Origin: the human T2T-CHM13v2.0 reference genome, Homo sapiens
Direction: 5' to 3' (one strand)
Assembly: GCF_009914755.1 (NCBI RefSeq)
Contig: NC_060947.1
Length of the DNA: 64,000 nucleotides
In this document: in pieces, positions 1-13,426 of the stretch
Numbering within the stretch: the stretch's first letter is position 1
How the letters are laid out: the number at the start of each line of letters is the position of its first letter
Translations under genes and position numbers: made by a program
Notes under the pieces: model-generated
Told to the model about the DNA's origin: nothing
Database searches by the model: none
The model's input: the letters and a program-made list of their open reading frames with translations, nothing else

Positions 1-274
1 AGAAACACACACACAGGGAAAATATCATGTGGCAATGAAGGTAGAGAATGGAGTGATGCAGCTGCAAGCCAAGGAATGCCAAGGATTGCCAGCAAGCACT
101 AGAAGCTAGGAAGATGTAAGGAGGGATCTTCCCCAGGAGCCTTCAAAGAGCATGGTCCTGCTGATATTTAGGTTTTGGACTTCCTGCCTCCAGAACTGTG
201 AGACAATAAATTTCTGTTGTTTTGGGCTATCCGTTAGTGGGTACTTTGTTACACAGTTCTAGGAAACGAATACA
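1..274 (+). mobile_element. MaLR LTR 3' part (MLT1B/C-like)
   Basis: gcaagccaaggaatgccaagg...cctccagaactgtgagacaataaatttctgttgttt...gaataca resembles the MLT1 LTR 3' end; 5' part lies outside the window. Confidence 0.85.
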
Positions 275-699
275 CGGTTAAGCCTAAAAGGGGATACATT
301 ACTCCTGCTCATCCTCCGTTGGTCAGAACTCAGACCTATTGGCACGCTGAACAGCAAAGAAACCAGGGAAATATAGTCTAGCCCTGTGTCTAGGAAGAAG
401 AGAAGAATGTGGGTTTAGAGATCATCCAGCATTTTCTTCCACCCCTCCACATGACCACATACTATGAACATTTTTAGTCATCTTCTGCTGAATTTGACCC
501 TGTGGGCTATACAGTTCTTGATGTTGTTGATAAAATAGAGGCACTAGATGTACTTGATGCCTATTATCTTAAACCTTCACAAAAGCCCTGCAAAGTAAGG
601 ATTGTTATTTCATTTCTCAGTTGACATTTTCCTGGCAGCTCAGTTCATTTTATTTTCCCCACATAACTTTCTTAGATTTTCATATCTTTGATTATTGCT

Positions 700-1775
700 T
701 TTTTTGTCACTCTTGTAGGTTCTTCTCTTTGGCACATCTTGGATTTAGGTATTCCCTGGTTGTCACCTTGGCCTTTTTTCCTTCTTAGTCAACATGCATT
801 CCCTTAGTGACCTCATCCTTTTGTGGTTTTACCTGCACCTATATGTTGATGACTCCAAAATTTAAGTCTCCATACCTAATCTCTTACCTGAATTTCAGAA
901 TATGTCCAAATACCTATTGCATATAGCCTGCAGATACCTAAAACTCAACTTCCCCTAAAAGATATGTCTCCAAATTTATCCTATGTTCTTCCTTGTTTAT
1001 TCTCACAGTCAGTGACACTACCTGGTCAGGTCACCCAAACCAGAAAACTAGTAATAATTATCAATTCTTCTGGCTCTTGACCAATATTACCTTCTAGGTA
1101 TAACTTTGAACCAGCTTCCCCAGCTGCTAACCATAAATTGCCTAGTTCTGTCTCATTATTCCTCACTGGATTTCATGCCAGTTCCCTTTGATGGCCTCAT
1201 TTATTAATTTTGCATCCTTCACATCCATTATCTACACTCATCCCAGAATTTTCTATCTGAAATGCTAGCTGTGTGCAGTTCCCCGTTCACTTATCAGTGA
1301 CTTCCTGTTATGTACCGATCCAAGCTCTTTAGCATGGCATGTAAGGCCATGAATAACCTTTCTCTTCATGCCTCTTCTTCAGCCTCATCTTCTCTTCCAC
1401 TCTGTACTGTAATTTATGTTATAGTAATAACAAATTTAGTTCTCCCAATAAAGCATGCTGTTTCAATCCTCCACGCGTTTGCTTAATCTGATGCCTCTCC
1501 CTAGATGAACTTCTCTTTTTTCTGCATATGGCTAACTTCTCTTATTTTTTAAGGTGACCTAAGTATCTCTTCTTAAGATGCCCAAACAGCCCTCCCCTGG
1601 GCTGTACTCACACCCTGTGGTTTTCTTTATCTTTACACTTACAGTGGATGCAGAAATCCTTATTTCTGTGTCTTCTCCCAAGAGTGGGTTCCCTGAGGGC
1701 AGAGAAGCTTGTCCCAGTACCGACCTAACATAGCAGTTTCTGAAGCATAGTAGATGCTAAGTAAACATTTGCTAA
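700..1775 (+). mobile_element. L2 LINE 3' fragment
   Basis: Degenerate L2 motifs (tatatgttgatgactccaaaat; ccaagctctttagcatggcat) and L2 tail catagtagatgctaagtaaacatttgct. Confidence 0.75.
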
Positions 1776-2304
1776 AAGAAGCTGAGCTTCTCACAGAGGA
1801 TATTATCACCTGGATAGAGATTTTGAGTCTGGATATAATCATAGATGATAGCTCATCACCTTTAAATCCCAAAAGGAAAAGACATATCCTAGTTTATAAA
1901 AATCTGTGAAAATTATATTTCAGAATCATTATAGCTGATAAAAATAGAATGTAAAATATACAAAGCCCTAAATTTTGCCTGATTCTCTGGGCTATATTGA
2001 TTTAAGAAAAAAAGAAGCAACAATGTTTTGATGCTTCCTGGAACCTCTAACTTCAAAAGCTGGTGATTTGCATTTATCCTCTTAAAATGTTCTCAGTGTA
2101 TCTAACCTACCCAAATGCATACCACTAGGACTTGACACATAAGAAGAGACTACTGGAAGCTAAAGGACTGCCAAACATTATTTTGGTGATAAAAGACTGA
2201 ACAACTTAGTCCAGCAAGAGTTCAGAAGAAAAACAGAATTAGAGCCCACCAAAGAACTTATGGCATGATGTGCATTTATTCAACAATAAGTGAGGCATTC
2301 ATGT

Positions 2305-2460
2305 TTTAAACTTTATTATAAAAATTTTAAATATAATAACTGAAAGTAAATTGAATAGTAAAACAACCCTGTACATCATCCAGCTTCAACAATTATCAAT
2401 ATGCTGTCATTTATGAGTCGCCTATATGCCTAGACATTCCCATTATTTTTTCTGTCAAAG
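2305..2460 (-). mobile_element. Old L1M 3' UTR fragment
   Basis: ttttattataaaaattttaaa...catccagcttcaacaattatcaat resembles an antisense L1MC/ME 3' end. Confidence 0.5.
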
Positions 2461-2714
2461 TTTTCATTTTGCATATTCAAAAGCACAAATGTCAATATAC
2501 CTATGTTAAAAATATTCCTACCATAAATAAAAATATTAGATTTTTATTATTTGCTTTGTATTGCTTGAAATGTAAAATAACTTTTTAAATCTAGTTTACT
2601 TAATAAAATGTGGCAGAAAAAATCAACAAAAATAATCGGTTGTTACTCATATGAATGACATTATTTCCACTTCTGAATTGTTTCCAGAAGCATCTTAATG
2701 TAGCAGTTTGGGGC

Positions 2715-3088
2715 AGAAGCTAGCACACTCTAGCCCACTGACCAAATCTTGTCCCCTGCCTGTTTTTGAAAGTAAAGTTTTATTGGAACACAGCCATACC
2801 CATTGATTTGTATAATGTCTGTGGCTGCTCTTGGGCTACAGTGGCAGAGTCGAGTAGCTGCAATAGCCTGTTTGGCCTGCATAGCATAAAACATATTTTT
2901 TTTATTTTAAAATATTATTTTATTTTTTACTTCTATATTTTTAGAGACAGAGTCTCACTATGTTGCCCAGGCTTGAACTCCTGGCCTAAAGTGATCCTCC
3001 TGCCTCGGTCTCCCAATGTGCTGGGATTATGGGCATGAACCACCATGTATCTGGCCCTATACAGATAAAGTTTGCCAATCCCTGGTTT
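2715..3088 (+). mobile_element. MER58A hAT-Charlie MITE, interrupted by an Alu monomer
   Basis: cctgtttttgaaagtaaagttttattggaacacagcca core; resumes after the Alu with aaagtttgccaatccctg. Confidence 0.8.
2905..3056 (-). mobile_element. Alu monomer (FLAM-like)
   Basis: T-rich tail, then agagacagagtctcactatgttgcccagg...gtgctgggattatgggcatgaaccacc; single arm. Confidence 0.85.
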
Positions 3089-3104
3089 AGCACATGAGGT
3101 TCCC

Positions 3105-3300
3105 CTTGTCATCCTTGTGGCTTTAGACGAGGCACTTAATTTCTCTGATATTATTTAATCATCTGTAAATAGGAATGAAGGTCAAATCTAACTCACAGGG
3201 TTGTTTTGAAGCTCAAAAAAGTTAATATGTGAATAACATGTAGAACAGTATTTGGACCATAATAAGCACTCACGTTACCTTTATCATCATAATTATCACT
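3105..3300 (+). mobile_element. MIR SINE
   Basis: MIR core: cacttaatttctctg...catctgtaaataggaatg...ctcacagggttgtt...aataagcactca. Confidence 0.7.
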
Positions 3301-3840
3301 CTCAATATTATTGTTGATGGTACCGATAGAAACCAGTGGGCTTCAAATTGCAGCTATGTCACTTAGGGTCTTGAGGAAGTGAGTTATTCTGGCCGGGCCC
3401 ATTTGTGTATCTCTAAAAAGGAGATAGTTGTCTCTTCCTTGTGAGATTGTATAAGGAATGAAGGTGACAAATCCTTGGGACATGGAAACATTTCATGAAA
3501 TGGGGATTGCTATGGTTAGTGTGGTTGTGCAGGTATTCTACACTTGGAAGTCACTGGGCATGTGGGTCCTTGTAGATATCTGGCTAACAGGTACTGAAGG
3601 GGCCTCGTGAGGTTAATTTGCTGCAGTTCAGAGTCTGGGCTTCAGCTTTGAAGACCTAGGAGCCTTATTTTGTTATTTCTACAAGAGTGAGTTTCTTCCT
3701 CTTAAGCTAACTTCAAGTCATAAGACTGACATGCACACATTTACTATTAAAACTACAACAGTAATGAGCAAACAACCTAAGGGAGAAAGGATGTCAATGA
3801 AGGTACTTGGGGGGATGAGTGTTACTGGCACAGGGAGAAA

Positions 3841-3956
3841 TAGGGTGACCAACTTGCCATGGTTTGCCTATCACATACTGTGTTTTTACATTGAAGATCT
3901 TGCATCCCAGGAAACTCCTTAGTCCTCCTGGTAAACCAGGATGGTTGGTCACCTTA
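3841..3956. mobile_element. MER81-like hAT-Blackjack MITE
   Basis: Terminal inverted repeats tagggtgaccaac ... gttggtcacctta, about 115 bp. Confidence 0.8.
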
Positions 3957-3959
3957 GGA

Positions 3960-5060
3960 GAGGTGAGAGTATGCCTGACATGCAAGAGCATTTGCAAGCA
4001 GACAAATGTGGCTGGACTGGAGTGAGTGTTAGAGGAAGTGACAAATGATGAAGTCATCAGTGAGGTAGGGACATCAGATATACAGGACCTTGTCAGGCAT
4101 TTTGAGGACTAGCTTTGACTTGGAATGAAAGCCAGTAGAGAGTTGGCATTGGTGTGACATGAGCTAATGTCTCTTACTAAAGGCCTACGCTGGCTTCTGT
4201 TTTAAGAATAGAGAAGGGAAGCGGCAGGGAAACTACTTGGAAGCTACCACAATGACCCAGGCACCAGATAATAGTAGCTTAGGCCAAAGCCTGGGTAGCT
4301 ATAGAGGTGAGAAGTGGAGGGATCCTGGATATATGTTGAGGGTGCAACCAACAACTCCCTGACAGTTTGGATATGGAGTGTGTCTTAGTCTGTTTTGTGT
4401 TGCTATAACAGAATACCACAGACTGCATAACTTGAAAAAAAAAAAAATTTTTCACAGCTCTAAAGGCTGGGAAGTCCAATAGCAAGATGCAGACATCTGC
4501 CAAGTGCTTCTTGCTATGTCATCCCATGGCAGAAGGGCAAAGAGAGGGTAAGAGAGTGAGAAAGAGATAGAACCCACAGCCGCAAGCCCTTTTATAATCA
4601 ACTTTAATCCATTAACGAGGGTGGAGCATTAATACCTCCCATTATGCCCCATTGCTCAACACTGTTGCATTGGGGATTAAGTTGCCAACACGTGCTTTTG
4701 GGGGGGACACATTCAAGCCATAGTAGAGTGAAAGAATGAGAAGAGTCAGTGTTGACTCTTGAGCCTTTGTTCTGAGTCACTGATAGGAAAATATTGCCAT
4801 TTCCTGAGACTGAGAAGAACAACTTTGCAGTAAAGTAAGCCAGTTTTCAGTAGAGGAAAACTAAGGCCTAATGATGTGCATTACCATTGCTAATGTAGAA
4901 TAGTAGAAGAACAATTTCTTCTCAGTCTCAGGACATCAGGAGTTGAGGAAGGAGAACAGGAATTGACTGGGAGATACCTATTAGATATGCAAGTGGCAAA
5001 GTTCCATAGGTAGTTGGATTTAGAAGTTTGGGGTTCAGAGACAGGAGACAGTTGGGTGTT
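3960..5060 (-). mobile_element. L2 fragment, interrupted by an MST LTR and a templated insertion
   Basis: Antisense L2 motifs (ggatcctggatatatgttgagggt; cctattagatatgcaagtgg). Confidence 0.7.
4381..4725 (-). mobile_element. MaLR solo LTR (MSTD-like)
   Basis: tgtcttagtctgttttgtgttgctataacagaatacc...acattcaagccatagta; 5-bp TSD GAGTG at 4376-4380 and 4726-4730. Confidence 0.9.
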
Positions 5061-5744
5061 GTCTTAGGGGCTCAAGACCCTCTTCACTTTTTTCAGTTCA
5101 TTGTGGGTCAGTATTTCACATTACAGCTGCTTTCTGCAAACATTTTATTATAATTTTGCCCTATATTAATATGTCTAAAAATACTGTATGATAATAATTC
5201 AATTTCTTCATAACAGGTGTTGATTGGAATTAAGTGAGATGTAAGTGTAGGCTACCGTATGTTTGTTTTCCCACAAGACTTTGATGAGTTTGTCTATTAG
5301 TCTAACATAACAAACTTTTGAATACCAGTTGTTGTTTGATTATGCCATAGTATGTTCTTGAAGATTGCCTACAGCTACTGTTTGGTTGATTTAAAAGAGT
5401 TCCTTTACTAATTTTCAAATGACAAAGTTATTTTAAGATATTCTGAATTGTTTTTTGCCTTTCAAGATGGGAATTTATGGGGTTGGGTTGTATTAAGCCT
5501 AGTGAAATATACTTAGAAAAATGCTAGTGAAATTGGATGTTCTTCTCCTTCCATCTCCTAAGTAGGCTCAGGGTTAAGAGCTGTAGTATAAAGTAGGCCA
5601 GTTTTCAGTAGAGGAAAATTAAGGCCTAATGCTGTACATTACCACTGGTAATATATAGCAGTAGAAGAAAAAGTTGTCTTCACTTTGCCTTAATGTAAAA
5701 ACAAGAGTTACCTGTGTTTCGGTTTCAGCCTGTAATCAAAGACA

Positions 5745-5920
5745 AAGCAATTCTCAATCTTGGCTGCACCTTGGAGTCATCTGGGAACCTCTAAAAATAT
5801 CGAAGTCCCAGCCTGAAAGATTCTGATGTAATTGATCTGCAGTTTGACCTGAGCACCAGGATTTTAAAAATCTCTCGAGGTGATTTTAACGTGCAGATAA
5901 ATCTGAGAAGCCCTGGTATA
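5745..5920. mobile_element. MER5B-like MITE
   Basis: ttctcaatcttggctgcaccttggagtcatctggg...gattctgatgtaattg...ggtgattttaacgtgcag. Confidence 0.75.
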
Positions 5921-6492
5921 GAACAGATTTTGATGCTGCGGTTTGCTGGTTCATTCAACAGTGAAGATTTTTATGGTAAATTAATCGACTTCTAAAACTG
6001 AAAAAGAAGCCCAGTAACTGTAATAAGAGTCTTCTGTGTTATATGGGTTCTGATTCCTTAGAGGGATTTTTCTGGGGAATGTGCTGACTGTCACCTACAC
6101 TTGGGCTCTGTGCTAGATGATGACAGCGAGCCTTTTCTAGGCTGTTATCAGCCATATACGTGTTTAAAGGGCATTTTGATTTGTAGACACTACCCCTTGG
6201 GGAAATTTTCTCAGCTTTACTTTTCTGAATTCCCTTTATTTCATGAGTTTCTGCCACATTATTTTTCTTTTTTTTTTCTCTGACTCATATAAGCAATATA
6301 AACAAATATGTCATGTGGATAGATGTTCCAATAATACTGTAGCCCTTTATGATTACAATACAGTTTTAAACTTGGGTAATTAGATCTCAGTTAAGAACCC
6401 CCCCCCAAAACTGCACATGAATTAGATGTTAATAGTCTATCCAGGAAGATAATTGAATTCTGAAATAGAAAATCTATTTAAAACAAACAAAA

Positions 6493-7298
<806 letters not shown>

Positions 7299-7487
7299 CC
7301 AGTTAATCACTGCCCTTCCTTATATTTAATTTATGTATTAAAAACTTTGAAACAGAGGAGGTATGGTACATGCATGCTTTTGTGTTTGCATTCTTTCCCC
7401 TGGAAATAATATGAGAGATGTACCTCCTACGATTGTATATTCAGAGTAGCCTATAGTGGATTTGGGAGACTGAATTAGATGTGGTTA

Positions 7488-7830
7488 CAGATGCTCCTCG
7501 AGTTATGATGGGATTACCTTCCAATAAACCTATCTGAAGTTGAAAATATCATAAATAGAAAGTATATTTAATACACCTAATTTGCTGAACATCATAGCTT
7601 AGCCTAGCTTACCTTAAATATGCTCAGAACACTTCCATTAGCCTACAATTGGTCAAAATCATATCCAAAAATGCTGGCAACACAGCATATTGTACAGTGT
7701 TAATTGTTTACCCAGCCTGGGAAAATATCAGAATTCCAAATGCAAGGTTTCTGCTGAATGTATATCACTCTTGCATCATCATCAAGTCGGAAAATCGTAA
7801 GTCAAACCATTGTAAGTCAAGGACCCGCTG
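7488..7830 (+). mobile_element. MER47-like TcMar-Tigger MITE
   Basis: cagatgctcctcgagttatgatggg ... cattgtaagtcaaggacccgctg TIRs flanked by TA; internal atcatagcttagcctagc. Confidence 0.85.
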
Positions 7831-8544
7831 TATAATCAAGAGGGAGAAAGAAATGCCCTTTTTCTCCACATTGTAGGTATATGTATTTAGAGGGAAAAAT
7901 ACATTTTAAGCATGACTTCAAAAGCACCTTGTCATTTTCCCAAATTTCTTCTATAATGCTAAATAATGGTTGTTTGATTAAACTTGATTGACAGCCAATT
8001 TTCCCCCTTTTATAATATAAAAAATATACAGTGCTCCAAATAGCGCCTTCTTTTTTCTAAGACAGATGGGATGCTTGAAAATGAAATCTTGAAGCATGGT
8101 TGTTAGTATTAGTCTTGATAAATTTAGTAACAAATTACTAGTTCACTTTTGGGTTACTGACTGTTGGCAGAATGACGTTAAGCTGTTATTTGTCTTGTTG
8201 GTTTATACATATTCGTCTACATGGAAAATATTTAGGAGGAATGGTTCGCTTGAATATTTTGGAGTCTACCATAGCTTTTTGAGAAGAATCTGGTGTTCAT
8301 TTGCTTTAAGCAGCTGTCACTAGGAATTTTGCTGTAGGCAGGGATAGAAGCAAAGTCTGTGGAAAGTGAACACTGAGCAGAGGGGGAAAGGTTGATGCAG
8401 ACCAGCCTGCTGGGTTTCCTCACACAAGCTGAAGGCTCTCCTTAGGAATCTACCAGGAATATCTGTAACTCCCTTCTATAGGTTGAGTCCCCAGAAGTTC
8501 CCTGACAAACAACTAGTCTTTCCCTTCCTTAAATGTGTTGCTGT

Positions 8545-8980
8545 CTTAGTCATTTTTGGCAAAAGCAGTGGTGGTTGTTAAGGTAATTTATACTCCAAGA
8601 CTCAGTGGTTTAATACAATAAAAGTTTAATTTTCACTCACATCCCTTACTTACGCAATTTGGACAGGGTGGTCTAACTCTGCACAGTCATTCAGGGATGC
8701 AAGCTCCTTTCATCTGATAGATCCACCCTCCTCTACATCTGTAGCGTCATCTCCCTTTAGCTAGAAGTTTGGGGAAAACAGTGAGGACCTCAAGTGGGAG
8801 ATTTTTAATTGACCAGGCTTGGAAGCAGCATACTCACTTCTCACATTGCATTGGCAAGAGTTCATCACACACCCATGGCCAATTATAAGGAAGGCTGAAA
8901 AACACAGCCTACCTTCCTGTTTGCCCAGCAAGAGGAGGAGAACATAGATACTCATGAGTGGTAGCAGTCTGCTCCATAAT
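8545..8980 (-). mobile_element. Old MaLR LTR (MLT1K/L-like)
   Basis: ctcagtggtttaatacaataaaagttt...cacttctcacattgcattggc...cagtctgctccata. Confidence 0.6.
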
Positions 8981-10217
8981 CATAGGCAGAAAAAGATAGG
9001 GAGTGCAAATATTGTAAACATCCAATGGATAGGAGCCTTGTACTTTACCTTGAGAGGCAGCTGAGATACAGAGCAAAGTTCCAGTCTCAACTCTGTACTC
9101 ATGAATTGTTCCAGGTCATCCCACCAACAGAAATGAGGGTATTAACCTCTTAGGATGATTTTGAGGATCAACTGGGCTAATGGTTGGGAAATTACTTTGG
9201 AGGGGTCATCTTTTGTATTCTACCATCTCCTACACAGTGATAGGCATAGCCTATAATGGCCTCTCTGAGATTCTTTTCCCAAATAAAAGTATTCCATCTC
9301 ATTGACAAGAGCAGGACATCATTAGTTCCATAGGGTGCACAGCCTTCTGCAAAGAGTTATGTTTCTAATTTTGGAGGCTCTAACTGTAATGCTAAGAGAG
9401 TTTTGATATAAATGTCACTTCAAGCTTTACCCTCTTAGTGAAAATAGTCTTAAAGATTCCTACGTTTCTTTTAAAAATAAAATATCTGCGGTTGTTTCCC
9501 TCTGCTGGAAGTTTGGCCATATCCTGTATTTCGATCACATGCTTTCCACTAGTCATAGAATGATCATTGAAAATGAATTAAATAACATTATGAAAAGATT
9601 CTAAATGTCTTCAACTGTGAATATTTGAAATATCTGGTTGGTTTGTCTCATTTCAATACATTTATTTCTAGAAAATGGAGAGTGAGAGGTAAAATTTGAC
9701 TGTTCTTTTTGGTTCTGTTGCCATTTCCATATTTTTTTATTCTTCTGTTGTTTACCAGTGTGAAAAGGCTGAGGTTGTAGCTTTATATAACATCACTAGG
9801 TAATCCACAGTCTATCAATAAAATGCTAACATATTGAATTATGTGAATAAGAGTTTGGGGAGAAGCCCAGGAGGCAACCCAGCATAATAGGTGGAGCACT
9901 GCACTAGAAACCACACCGCTTGGCTCATTGGGTGATTTTGGAACAATACTTACCTCCTCAGATGGCCTCAGATTCTTCATTAATAAAATAAAAAAAAAAA
10001 ATCTTCCTGGAAGCTCTTTTGGAAGCCTTCCAATGATAGGCTCTGTTCTATACATTGATCCACTGGCAAGTCCGGGAATCAGTTTTTTGAAACTGGGATT
10101 TTAAACTTATGACACATTTAGGGTCCACTCACGTCATTGATAGATACTATTTCTGGCCATGGTTTATTGTTAAAAGGACCAAGTTTTGTTTGAAACTATG
10201 TCTAAGTAATGCTATTA

Positions 10218-10458
10218 TAGTGGTGGTGATTTTGCATGCTTGTCCCCAGTGGACATTTTGCAATGTCTAGAGACAATTTTGGGTTTCACAACTGAAGTGG
10301 GAGGAGCACTACTGGCATCTAGTGGGTGGAGATGAGGGATGCTGATAACACATCCCACGGTGCCAAGGGCATCCTCTTCCACTCCACACACACACAGCCA
10401 GGAGTTATCTGGCTCCAAATGTCAATACCTAATGCTGCTGAAGCTGAGAAACTCTGCA
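10218..10458 (+). mobile_element. MER20 hAT-Charlie MITE
   Basis: ccccagtggacattttgcaatgtctagagacaattttggg...ctactggcatctagtgggt...gctgagaaactctg. Confidence 0.9.
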
Positions 10459-11204
10459 TTAGAGACAGAAGGTGGAGTCTCAGATTCTCCAACTTTGTGC
10501 CATTGGCATGAGAGAATGCATTTCAGGAAGAAATAGGTATTTGAACCATGTTTAACTTAGAGGTTGGCATAGGTGAGGGGAGTGAGAAATATGGAGAATA
10601 ATGAGAAAGTGGCCCTAAAAATCATATACTTGAATCTGGTGATATTTAATTTCCAAAATTCTAATGCACTGGTAGAAAATTCTCTCTGAAATTACTGATT
10701 CCTGGATCCTTCAGAAAGAATTTCCAGTTGCAAAAATATTGATGTGTTCACTGTATGTAATGTCATCTACTGGCTATGGGCCACATGTAGAATTTCTTTT
10801 TTTGGCTTTAGTTTTATTAGTTGTTTTTCTTTTCCTGATCAATTCTCTATAATGCTAATCTAATGAGGAATATTAGCATGCCAAATACCATTGTCTTTTT
10901 TGAAAAAAAAAATGCTTTTAAAAATGTTTTCTTTAATTTATCTTGGATGAACTGTGTAATTGAGCCATGTGTCAGATCATTTTCTATTCTCTTAAAACTA
11001 TCTGTCCATCTGGTTGATTCATATCTCTTGAAAACTGAAATCAGTTTGTTAATTTCCCTTAGGGAATTGCAAGAGGGGAGAAAATACAGAGCAGTCTTGA
11101 TATTGCAATTAAGTAACTGGTAGGACTAAATATCATGATCAAGTTATGTGACTGTGTCAAGAATAGAAGTTTACATAATGATTGTTTTACTCTTCAATTT
11201 CAGA

Positions 11205-11308
11205 AATATACATATATGTATATAGAGATAGATATATACATATATGTGTGTATCTACATATGCATATGTGTATATATCCACATATATACTTATATGTAAT
11301 ATATATAG
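11205..11308. repeat. Degenerate (TA)n/(TATATG)n simple repeat
   Basis: Direct inspection. Confidence 0.85.
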
Positions 11309-11449
11309 AAAAAATAATGTGTAACAGTTACAAACTAGTCAACACATTTCTATCGTATTCACTTACCCATCGTTTCTTCCGCAAATCTATGAAGAAGGCC
11401 ACAAGGTATGAAACTGGAGCTAAGATAGAATATTCTTATGGGTGAGATC

Positions 11450-11625
11450 TCAGTGGAGTCTATAGTTTAGTTAATAGTATTGCAGCAGTGTCAATTTTCT
11501 GGTTTTGACACTATACTATGGTTATGGAAGGCTGAGTTATTCAGAGAAGCTGAGTGAAGAGTACATGGGAACTTTCTGTATTATTTTTGCAATTTCTTGT
11601 ATGTCTAAAATAAAATGTTTAAAAA
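11450..11625 (+). mobile_element. L1M 3' end fragment
   Basis: catgggaactttctgtattatttttgcaatttcttg...tctaaaataaaatgtttaaaaa. Confidence 0.7.
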
Positions 11626-11844
11626 ATCAAAACAACCAGGATGCTCTTCCTGCTTCAAATAGTAGTATCAGTGTAAATAGTCTTCCCATAGGAGAGTATA
11701 CCGTATGTTTTGGTTGGAACACGTAGTAATATTCCCATATACACTAGGTAATTCCCGCCACTCAGCTATGTAAACTACTAATATTCTCTTTCATCTCTGT
11801 TAATCAGTGAGACTATGTTCTAGAAATTGTAATTCCTTTTATGT

Positions 11845-12200
11845 AAACTTTTATCACCTGTAACATATATGCAGAATAATGTCACAAGTCTACAGCTAGC
11901 GGATATTCACAAATTAAACATACTCATGTAACCAACACCCAGATCAGGAACAGAATATGACTAACACACAGAGATATCTTCCCCACCCCACAGTGGTGCC
12001 CTTTCCAATCCTTAACTGGGCCCTGCCTCTACTAAGGGTAACAATATCATGGCTTCTGGTACCAGAGATTAGCTTTGACTGTTTCGAACTTTGGCATAGT
12101 GAAATTGCAGATGTCTCACATTTTCTGCGTAGGTGTGGGATCAGCACCTACTGTCCACGAAGATTGTGTGCTGTACCATTCGAGAGGTTTTCATTCTCAC
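11845..12200 (-). mobile_element. L1ME-like 3' UTR fragment
   Basis: actcatgtaaccaacacccagatcaggaacagaatat...gagattagctttgactgtttcgaactt. Confidence 0.65.
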
Positions 12201-12429
12201 ACAGTGTGCCAAAAAGCTGCCTTTAAGCTCTTCTCTTTGCTGCTCACCTGTGCCACGTGAGCTAAACTAAAGCAGAGCAGATTTTCTTTAATTTTATAGC
12301 TGAATTTTGTGACTTTGGCTTCTCATTACAAGGTAAAAGTAAAGCTTTTATTCAGAGAACAGTGAGAGCTTTTTTGCCTGGTGATCAAAAAGTCAGTATT
12401 ATACCTTTTGTCATTAATGAGTTCCTTAG

Positions 12430-12597
12430 ACAATTGCATCCCAAACTTTGTGAGCATCAGACTCCCCTGAGAATCCATTTAAAATGCAGATTCTCATGCA
12501 TTAGGTCTGCAGTTGAGTCACAGATTGTGCATTTCTTCCAATCTCCCACTGATATAGATGTTATTGGTTCAAGGACCACATTTTGAGTGGCACTGAT
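12430..12597. mobile_element. MER5A-like MITE
   Basis: catcagactcccctgag...aaaatgcagattctc...ggaccacattttgagtggcactg. Confidence 0.75.
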
Positions 12598-12614
12598 GCA
12601 GACATTTTCTTATT

Positions 12615-12850
12615 AGAGGCAGCACTGTATGGTGATTAACAACAGGGATTATGGAGCCAGATTGCCCAGATTCAAATCCTGGCTCTGCCATATAGATGTG
12701 GACTTTGAATACGTTTCCTAAACTTTCTCATCTGTAAAATGGGGAAAATAATAGTAGAGTTTTGTGGGGATTAAATGATGTAGTACATGTAAAGTGCTTT
12801 GAACAGAGCCTGGCACATAATAAGCACTCTATAGATGTCTTCCTCATCAT
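12615..12850 (+). mobile_element. MIR SINE
   Basis: gattcaaatcctggctctgcca...ctcatctgtaaaatggggaaaataata...cctggcacataataagcactc. Confidence 0.85.
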
Positions 12851-13426
12851 TATTCAATGATTGGGCATTTGGGAATAGTCTCTATTAATCATGGGCATTG
12901 AACTTGCAACCACATGGCCTTCTAGATAGGAATGTATTTAATTCTGGGAGAAGTATTGAGGATAAAGTGTTGGTATTCGCATTTGTATGGGAATCCTAAA
13001 GTCATTGACAGTGGAGGCTAGCTGCTGCAGAACTGGCAGTCAAGTCAATGAAGTGGAGGGTGACCAGGGAGAGGACGGGAGGCTGAGAGTGAAGATTGGA
13101 ATCATTTAAATGACGAAAGAGTAGAGGTTGTTGATACCTGAGCAGCATCTGATGAAATGATTATGGTGGTTGGGCCTAGGATGAATTGTAGAAGGGACAG
13201 TTTCTACAACCTTTTATTAATTCAACTTTTCTTTACTTATAAAGTGATCTCAAAAGTATAAAGTATGAACATTGGCCTATTTGAAATCTGTAACAGTTCT
13301 TAATTAGTAATCATTAGCTAGCTTGTAGGGAAATAAGTCAAGGTGGAAAATAAATACCATACCCAAGTTATTAAAAATAAATATATATAAAATTCTTGCA
13401 TGAAACAAAAGCTTAATGAAAGAAAA

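Noticed and set aside
11370-11410. Plus-strand peptide RFFRKSMKK resembling a nuclear-receptor zinc-finger motif
   Set aside because: No cysteines or flanking homology and no good plus-strand acceptor; coincidence.
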